A stretch of 64,000 bases of DNA from Seison nebaliae (lineage: Eukaryota): the NCBI GenBank assembly GCA_023231475.1, contig JALJEE010001737.1, positions 1 through 64,000 on the forward strand, given 5' to 3'. Position 1 is the stretch's first letter. Each line of letters opens with the position of its first letter. Positions 54,978 through 64,000 of this stretch are shown here, piece after piece. Under the pieces are notes generated by a model that was given only the letters and a program-made list of their open reading frames with translations, made no database searches and was not told the DNA's origin. Position numbers and translations under genes: made by a program.

Positions 54978-57900
54978 ATGAATAAAATAATATCCTCTCG
55001 CTTTCGTTCATCCTCCAAAATAATTCGGAGATATGAACCGAGTTATTTTTATATTTCCAATCATCAACTTCACACAAACAACGATAAACGAACTTTCTTC
55101 CAACATGTTACCCTTCATCTTGATTGCGTTAATTATGGATGAAATACTTCTAGGAACTTCTCTGCCGAAATCTCAATAAAGAATCCCGAAGAGGAATGGG
55201 AGGTGGATCATTCTTCTTCCGACTATTGAAACTTCGTTACTTATTGTTTGGGGGAGCAGTCGGTGGTGGTGTGGCTATAAATAATGTTAATTTTATTAAA
55301 TTCTGTAACTAAACTCAGAAATTTGTAAAACTCATTGAAAAATTTTAGAAATATGAGGAATTAATGGCAAGTTTACCAGATTTCTCATGGGTCAACAATT
55401 TCGTTGCTGATCGACGAGATATGTTATCGTCATTCCAATTACCAAAAGATAAATTATCAGAAACAAATGTTTTTCTTTCGTTTAAGAATCTCTTCTATAA
55501 AATCTCTTTTGAAAGGAATGGATAACTGGATTATGGAAACAATTAATAGAAACAGCTTCTTCAACTGATTCAAATGGTTCGTTATTTTCATTATTTCACT
55601 GCTAATTCTAAAAGAAATGGATGAATTTTAAAACTTAAGAAAACAACAAAAAAATCTAAGAAATTTGCACGTTTCTAAAATCATTTTCATTTTCAGTTTT
55701 CTATTTTCTAGATGATATTTATGCGGCGGATGAGGTTCGATTATTTTAGATGAATTAAAAATCTCCTAATAAGAAATGAAAGATGATAGGAAAACCGTTA
55801 GATTTCCGTCGAGATGAAGAAATTGAGAAGAATTCGAAGAAAAAAGCAAAATTAGCAAATAAAACTACGGACGAAAACGAAGGACTCCAACAACAATTTT
55901 ATCGAACTCAAATGAAATATCAAAAACAGATCGATCAGTTAGAAAAAGAGAAAAATGAATTAAGGAAACAATTGTTGTTGTTGAAAATGAAAGTGAATCA
56001 GCAGAATCGTGACACTAAACGATTAGACAAACGATTAAAAGTTTTTCCAAAATCTCTATAAATTCAAATTAATTTTCCGAAAGAAATCTTTGATAGAAAT
56101 GTACAGTGATGTATTGAGTTTATTGGAAGATTATCATTTTAATTATAATGTGAACGATACATTACCGAAAGTGGTGGTAATTGGTGATCAGAGTTCGGGG
56201 AAGACAAGTGTTTTAGAAATGGTAGCAAGAGCTCGTATATTTCCAAGAGGTGCTGGTGAGATGATGACACGATCACCAGTCCAAGTGACGTTAAATGAAG
56301 GACCATATCACATCGCTGAATTTAATGATTCGACAAGACAATATGATTTGACAGATGAATCTGATTTGAAATTATTAAGAGATGAGATCGAATATCGGAT
56401 GAAAAAGAATATTGAAGAAGGTGGAACGATTAGTAGAAAAGTCATTTCATTGAAAGTTAAAGGACCAGGACTTAATCGAATAGTTCTAGTCGATTTACCA
56501 GGAATTATTAGTTCGGAAACTGTTGGAATGGCAGAGAATACAAAAAATGACATTTCGTCTTTGGCATTGGAATATATGAGTAATCCGAATGCAATCATTC
56601 TCTGTATTCAAGATGGATCGATTGATGCTGAACGAAGTAACGTGACTGATATGATCAGTAAAGTCGATCCATTAGGTAAAAGAACGATTTTTGTTCTGAC
56701 TAAAATCGATTTAGCTGAGAAACAATTAGAAATGAAAGGCAATAGAATTAAACAGATAATGAATGGACAATTATTTCATATGAAAGCATTGGGATATTTC
56801 GCTGTTGTTACTGGTGGTGTCACATCTAATACAATTGCTGATATTCAAAAATATGAACGAGAATATTTCGAAAATTCAAGTTTGGTACGTGCCGGACGTC
56901 TCTTACCTCAACAAACGACCACTCGAAATTTATCGATGGCTGTCAGTGATTGTTTCTGGCGAATGGTACGTGAATCAGTCGTTCAGGAATATGATTCACT
57001 TCGTGCATTAAAATGCAACTTAAATATTCAATGGAAGAATTCGTTTCCTGGTTTGAGAATTCTGGATCGAGAGAAATTGTTCGATAAGGCGAAAGATGAA
57101 ATTTTAGATGAATTGAGTAATTTGAACATTTCTCGAGAGGAATGGGAAGCGAGATTGATTCAATTCATTTGGCAGGAAATCGGTCAGACGATTGTCGAAG
57201 ATATTCTTCTCAAATCTACTCAAGTTGATTCGATTATGTTCGATTTTTTCTTTTTTCTTTTATTCAATTCCATCATTTCTTTTCAGGGATTTCAATACGA
57301 ATATCGATATCGCTCTCAATAAATTATGTCTCGATGTTTTACCTAAATTAAGTATCGATTGTGGAAAACGATTAATTCTAAATACTTATGGTGCTCGTCT
57401 ACTTGGAAATATTTATTGTTTCTTTAAATTAATTTTATTTAATATTAATTTATTTATTTTGATAGTTGATTTTCTGGAATCATCTGATGATAATCCATTC
57501 AACTTCAATAATGTAGTCAAAGACGATATGGGAGTTTTAGTCAAATTGGAAGTGATGAAACAATTGGCAGAAGTACATCAATGGAATAAGAAAGCTATTG
57601 ACACATTAGTTGGAAATATTAAAATTTTTCAAACTCTAATTCATTCTCTCTTTTATTAGACCATAATCATCGAAAGTGCTTTACATGATAATAATCCCAA
57701 TTCAGAGAAACAACGACGTGATTCGAAAAACGCAATGAATACTGTCCTCAAAGATTCACTCGAAATGACGACAAACGAATTACAAGATCTAATCGGACCC
57801 GGTAAATACGAACGATGGTATCAATGGAAATCTTCATCATCAACACAAAATATTAATAGGAAGATCATGACTCATCTACAAGAATTCATTAACAAGACGA

Positions 57901-58523
57901 TTGTTCATCGAAGCCAAAGTAAAAAGTTCCTTCCATTATATCAAAAAGATTTGGAAGTGAGTGATACGATTTCCATCGCTAAACAATTACATTGTACTGA
58001 AGAAGAAGTTTTTTAATTGAAATTTCATGAAAAAACAAATTTTTAATGAATTTCAGGTGAAGAGAATGTGGAATTTAATGTACAAGAAATATCTGGTAGA
58101 ATATTTATTGAAAGATGTTCAAGACAGAAATAATAATGATGTTTAATTTGAATATGATTTGAATTTGAATAATTGTCTAATTATAGATTTCGAAGAATGA
58201 CATCGAATTCTTCTTTACTTTTCAACGAACATTGGAATATGTATCGAGGTCATTGAGACAACAGATAGTGAACAATGAAGTGACGATGTTGGAGAACGAG
58301 GTGGAAAAAATTTTGGAGAGTATTTGGCAAAATGAAGTATCAAAAAAGAAATTATTTATTGGGAAACGAGTAGAATTGGCAGAAGAAATACGTTAGTGTT
58401 TCCTGAGTTTAAAGTAAAAAATTTATTTTTTGAAATTGCAAAAAAATTTTAGAAAAAATTGGACAAATTCTTATTCGTTTGGAAGAGTTTATTAAAGAAT
58501 TGAAAGAAAACGAATATAATTAA
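54978..58523 (+). CDS. OPA1: Mitochondrial dynamin-like GTPase OPA1, about 13 exons
   Basis: [91 protein letters not shown]. Some small N-terminal exons are uncertain. Confidence 0.95.
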
Positions 58524-59529
58524 TTCTCCTTCAATTTCTTCTTCTACTACCAGTTTATTTTCCACTTTTCAATAAACCGGCTAATGCAACAACCACTTTG
58601 ATAGGAGGACATCCACATTCTCCCATTTCCATTATATTTCATTCATATTTCATCTAATGTATTCCAACTGGTATTAATCGTTTTCTATTTCGATTTCATG
58701 TCGAACTAGAATACAACAATTTTACAATAACATTAGAACAACATTGACATCTGTAGAGGAACAATTTTGCAAAATGAGATTACAAGTCCCATTTGGAATG
58801 AAATGAAAAAGAAAGGAGAAATTGGAATATGTGAGAATGACATGAAATTTGAAGAAAAATTATTTTGATTTTTTATGTTCGTGATTGGTGATGAGAAAAT
58901 GCAATTGAAATAAAAGCTTCTTTACATAATAAGAATTTTTAATCAGTTTTCTATTACTTGCTCAACGGAGTTTTAACATGTTCGGTCTAAACTGAAAGAA
59001 ATGATGTTGAATGAGAATGAGATGGACATGGAATAAATGTATTTGAAATGATGATGATTAAATAATATAGGTCGTTGAAGAGAACCAAACAATTATAACA
59101 ATACAACTTTCATTTGATGTTGAGTCGCATAAATTTAATTTCCACAATTTTCTTTTTGATTAATGAGAGAGGGAGAGAGGAGGAGAAATGTATTATGACA
59201 AAGTCGAACCATTGAAAGGATTTGATCAAACTTTATATAATTTTAAATAATAAAAAAATTATTTTGACTGAGTAAGAATTGATCTATTTGATGTGTGTAT
59301 GAGAAAGTTTGTATATATGTTTGAAGATATGAGAAGTAAATTAACGATGTATGCGCAATGAAACTATCCCAACTATTAGAGATGGCTCATGATTGATGAA
59401 TCGATGTCCAATTTCTTTCTCTTTCCTCATTTGCTCAGATACTCTTTCTCATCGACCAGATTACAATTACTAACTTCTTCCAACTCTCCCAGTGAACTCA
59501 ACAGTAAAATTTCATATTACACGTCATCG

Positions 59530-62223
59530 ATGAAGAACGAAGATGATGGGAAAATCGACTGTACTAAAGCAAAGAAACCACGAATAGTACAAGTTAAATT
59601 TATTTCTTTGTCATTCTTCATTTAAAATTGTGAAATTCAATGAATTTAATTCATTTCAAATAAAAATGACAATGGAAAAATGTTGTGAGTTAATTTGATT
59701 GAGCAGTTTTGAAAATAAATCAGCAAATTAAGTGGCAAATTTAGTGTTTTTATAATTATAAAGGGGATGTGTTTAGTGATATCGTAAAAAAATATTTCCT
59801 TTGAATTTTCATTAATTCTTTTTCTTGCAATTGATCAAAGAATTCTCTCGTTACTAAGGAAACATCTTTCATAATGTTAAATGATAAGAAGTCGGAGAAG
59901 AGTGTGGAAGGAGGAAAGACGAAGGAGAATAATCTCGTAAATTTTTTATTTTAATCATCGTTCTAAATCGCTCGTGGAAGAAGAAAGCATATGTTAATTC
60001 ACATAAATTGCATAAAATCCATCTGTTCTCAAATCATGAACTGTAATATAAATTACAATTGTTTTCGTTCATGGAAAATTTCTCGAAGAAGAAATTTGGA
60101 TTTTTTTATCGCACTTTAACGTGATTTAAAATTATTTTACTTACATAACAACAGTTTTCTTTCAACCTTCACTTTGCTTTAGTGAAAAGAATCTTATTAA
60201 CTTCACTCATCAATTGGAAATTGGAAATTTAACGTGAAATCAGTTTGATCATGTCTCCATTTCAGGTAAAATCGACAAATGTCGTTTTTCAAAAAACAGG
60301 AATTTCACGTAATCAACGAGGTCGTTCATTCGGAAGCAAATTTCGTGGTTGTACAATTTGGTTGACAGGTTTCAATTAATGAAATTTTTTTACTCTTTTA
60401 ATTATTTTATCAGGTCTCTCATCATCGGGTAAAACGACGGTATCTTTCAATATTGAAAAGATTTTAATTCAACATGGAATTCCTTCTTATTCGTTAGATG
60501 GTGATAATCTTCGATTTGGTTTATGTAAAGATCTCGGATTTACATCGGATGATCGAGCAGAAAATATTCGACGAGTTGGTGAAGTGTCAAAATTATTCGC
60601 TGACAGTGGAGTGATATGTCTCGTTTCATTAATTTCTCCATATCGTCATGATCGTGATGCAGCAAGAAAGATTCATAAAGCATCAAATTTGCCATTCTTT
60701 GAAATTTATGTAAATGCTCCATTAGCCGTTTGTGAGAATCGTGATGTGAAAGGTCTCTATCAAAGAGCGAGAAGTGGAATTATCAAAAATTTTACAGGAA
60801 TCGATTCTGCTTATGAACCATCATTGGATCCGGAAATCGAATTGAAAACCGATCAACTTTCAATCAATGAATGTGTAGAACGTGTTTTGATGGAATTGAA
60901 TATAAATGGTATCGTTCCCAATCAAGTCGTCAATCGAAATATTGAATTAATTGCAAATGTGGATGTGCAAAATTCTTTAAAAATCGAATCAGGAAAATTG
61001 AATAAAATCGATTTGAATGAAATTGATTTGCAATGGGTTCAAGTACTCTCTGAAGGATGGGCGACACCATTAACTGGATTTATGAGAGAAGCTGAATATT
61101 TACAGTCTCTTCATTTCAATTGTTTATGTGATGGTGAGATGACAAATCAATCGATACCAATTGTCTTGTCGATCGATGATGAGAAAAAAGAGGAATTGAA
61201 AGGAGCAAATTCTGTCAGTTTATATTATGAAAATCGATTAGTAGCTGTGTTGAAGACGATTGAAATATATCCACATCGACGTCAAGAACGTATTTGTCGT
61301 CAATTTGGTATGTCATCTCATAATCATCCCTACGTGAAACATATTGTGAGTAGTGGAGGAGATTGGTTAATTGGTGGAGATTTAGAAGTTTATGAAAGAA
61401 TTAAATGGAATGACGGTCTAGATAAATATCGATTAACTCCAAATGAACTTAAAGAGAAATTTCGAGAAATGAAAGCTGATACCGTTTTCGCTTTCCAATT
61501 AAGGAATCCCATTCATAATGGACATGCATTACTCATGCATGAAACTCGACAACAATTATTAGGAAAAGGATATAAAAATCCTGTTCTTTTATTACATCCT
61601 CTCGGTTTATTATTTTAATTTTTATTTAAATCAAATTATTAATATTATATATAGGGGGAAAAACTAAATCTGATGACGTTCCATTATCAGTTCGTATGAA
61701 ACAACATGCTGCTATTCTTGAAGAGAAAGTACTCAATCCGGAACATACCGTTCTTGCCATATTTCCTTCACCTATGATGTATGCTGGTCCTACAGAAGTT
61801 GGAAAAATTATTTAAAATTTTTTATTTTTCCATTTAATTCATTATCAGGTTCAATGGCATGCTAAAGCACGGTTAAATGCAGGTGCCGAATATTATATAG
61901 TAGGACGAGATCCAGCTGGTCTTCCTCATCCTGAAACTGGGGAAGACGCTTACGAAGCAACTCATGGTGGAAAAGTGTTGACAATGGCACCAGGTCTATG
62001 TAAATTGAAAATTCTTCCATTCAAAGTAGCCGCATATGACAAAATTGTGAAGAAGATGAGTTTCTTCGATATTACGAGAAAGAGCGATTTCATCTCGATC
62101 TCTGGTACGAAAATGCGTGCAATGGCACGAAAAGGGGAAAATCCGCCACCCGGCTTCATGGCCGAAAAGGCTTGGAAAGTATTATGTGATTATTATGGAG
62201 CACTTCCAACTCCGAAAGGATAA
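59530..62223 (+). CDS. PAPSS: Bifunctional PAPS synthase (APS kinase + ATP sulfurylase), 5 exons; introns 59593-60265, 60369-60413, 61605-61654, 61798-61848
   Basis: [71 protein letters not shown]. Confidence 0.96.
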
Positions 62224-62416
62224 ATCGTCCATTAATTACTCCAAAATATTCTCTATCACTTTCTCATTAAATTAATCTGAAATTGAATTAATCCTCATTT
62301 AATTTAAGAATCACAATAATTTCATCTTGATTCCAAATAAAGATATTTAATTAAATTATTTTCCTCTTTCAATTCAAATAGAAATTAATAATAAATTTTT
62401 ATTATAATAAAAATTC

Positions 62417-64000
62417 TTATAAAATTTTCTTTAAACGTTCTTCCTCTTGAACGAATTTGGTGAGTAATGATCGATCATTACGATTAAGGTTTTGCACTTT
62501 CAACAATTTATTCAACGTGTCGTCTTTCTTCATTTTTGTTAGAATAATTTCACTTTGAATTCTATCCGATTTCCTTGATAATAATTGTTCATCACAATTG
62601 TACTTTCGAATAACGTTATTTATCTCATTATTCATCAATCTTCAAACAGAGAACGGTTGAGAAGAGTCATGAATAATTAAAAAGGCATAACGTTTCTTTC
62701 ATCAACAATTCATTTTGCACTTCATTAAATTGTTTCGACACTAATTTATGTTTCTTCGTTAAATCTTTCAGAGATAAATAAACATCGAGTTCTCGTCTTT
62801 GACCCCGTTTTACCACTTGCTAAAAGAAACTGGTTCATCGTATTTCCAGGAAATAGGACTAACATCATATCGATTCTTAAATTCCAAATTTTGTTGACGA
62901 TCCATATTTCTCTGATGTTGTACTGATTTCGCCAAATGGATTTTCTCATTATTTCTTCTACTGCTAATCATTTGGTTATACGCTTCCTCACTTCTCAAAC
63001 GTTTCCGCTCGTTGTGGATCTATTTCGTCTGTAAATTTATATTCGGCTCACAAACACAGAATAAACGTTAAGAAATTCTTGTGATTGGGTTCGACGAATG
63101 TCTTGATTAATCATATCGGATGATTCTCTCAGTCCTCTTTGTCGTTGCCAAGTGGAAGAAATATTATTCTTCGCGTCGATCTGTTTACGTTCCACTGATG
63201 AAAGAGAATAATTTATATATCAATTTAAATTATTCAAAATCTGCAACATTCTCTTTGTTTCATTGTATTATTGTTGAACTTACCGTTATGATCGGCAGAT
63301 AACAATCTTTTCTTTTGAATATGTTGAGAAATAAATTTGTTGGTCGATCTAAAAATTAATTATCAAATTGGGGGCGATTAGATAGTTTCGATAGAAAAAT
63401 TTTACTTCATATTTTTCTCGAAATTCCCTTCGTCTAATAAATCTTCTTTTATGAGTTTTTTCTGAGATTCATCAATCTTTCTGAGAAAAAATCGATTGAT
63501 TTTAATATTGAAAAAGAAATTGAAAGAATCTTAAAGAATGATAACTTCTTTTCGAATTCTGCTGTAATTTCCTTCTCCAACTGTTTCTTCCGTCGTAAAA
63601 GTTCACAATTCTTCACTTCTTGTTTCAATGATGAGATTATCGTCTTGAAAAAATTATGAAAATTTCTAATAAATTAGAATTGGAGGAAACATCTTGTTTC
63701 TCTATTTTCTGTTTATATTCGGCTTCCAACAAATTCCTTTGACTTTCTGCCAATTTCATTTCGTTCAATTTATTCGAGTAATTCATTTCTATCAACGTTT
63801 CATTATTCTGATTGGTGTTATCTGATGAAAATTAGATTTCCGGATTCAATAAACGAAACTTATTTGTTTAGTTTTAATTACTTGCATTCGTCCTTCTTTC
63901 AATCGCTTCTCTGTATTCTAAGCGAGAATTAAAAGAAATATCAAATATAACGACAAATTTAACTTTATTTTGTTCTTTGTAAAATTCATCTTTCAATTCC
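62417..64000 (-). CDS. 3' part of a multi-exon charged coiled-coil protein; 5' end lies beyond the window
   Basis: Series of short E/K/Q-rich open frames separated by ~40-60 nt GT..AG introns (e.g. EAEYKQKIEKQD|TIISSLKQEVK). The full model was not resolved. Confidence 0.6.

Noticed and set aside
57390..57465. Possible non-GT (GA) donor in an in-frame OPA1 intron
   Set aside because: Compatible GT donors (GTG near 57391, GTT near 57418) exist in the right phase; cannot be resolved from sequence alone.

Overview
AT-rich, gene-dense animal (invertebrate) nuclear DNA using the standard genetic code. The first ~3.3 kb is a pile of decayed transposon fragments (LINE ORF1 and endonuclease, hAT, CACTA-like, Tc1/mariner), followed by ~8 kb with no interpretable gene. 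From 11.6 kb onward there are 14 spliced or single-exon genes: a peptide-type GPCR, myotubularin, Bicaudal-C, Scribble, BORCS6, NDUFS2, ELAV/Hu, supervillin, CoA synthase, a CCDC142-like gene, a 1130-aa orphan disordered protein, OPA1, PAPS synthase and a truncated coiled-coil gene. The strongest signal is the splicing code. I reconstructed about 45 introns by hand. Nearly all are ~45-65 nt and begin GTT with no conserved +4..+6 (not the metazoan GTRAGT), and many end in AAG, which suggests a re-tuned spliceosome. Other points: a ~415-codon same-strand ORF inside the intron that splits the last Scribble PDZ domain, a half-FYVE finger on the myotubularin, and an ELAV with a degenerate RRM3 plus a prion-like tail. 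Gene models were assembled by eye and protein identities come from recalled motifs, not database searches.
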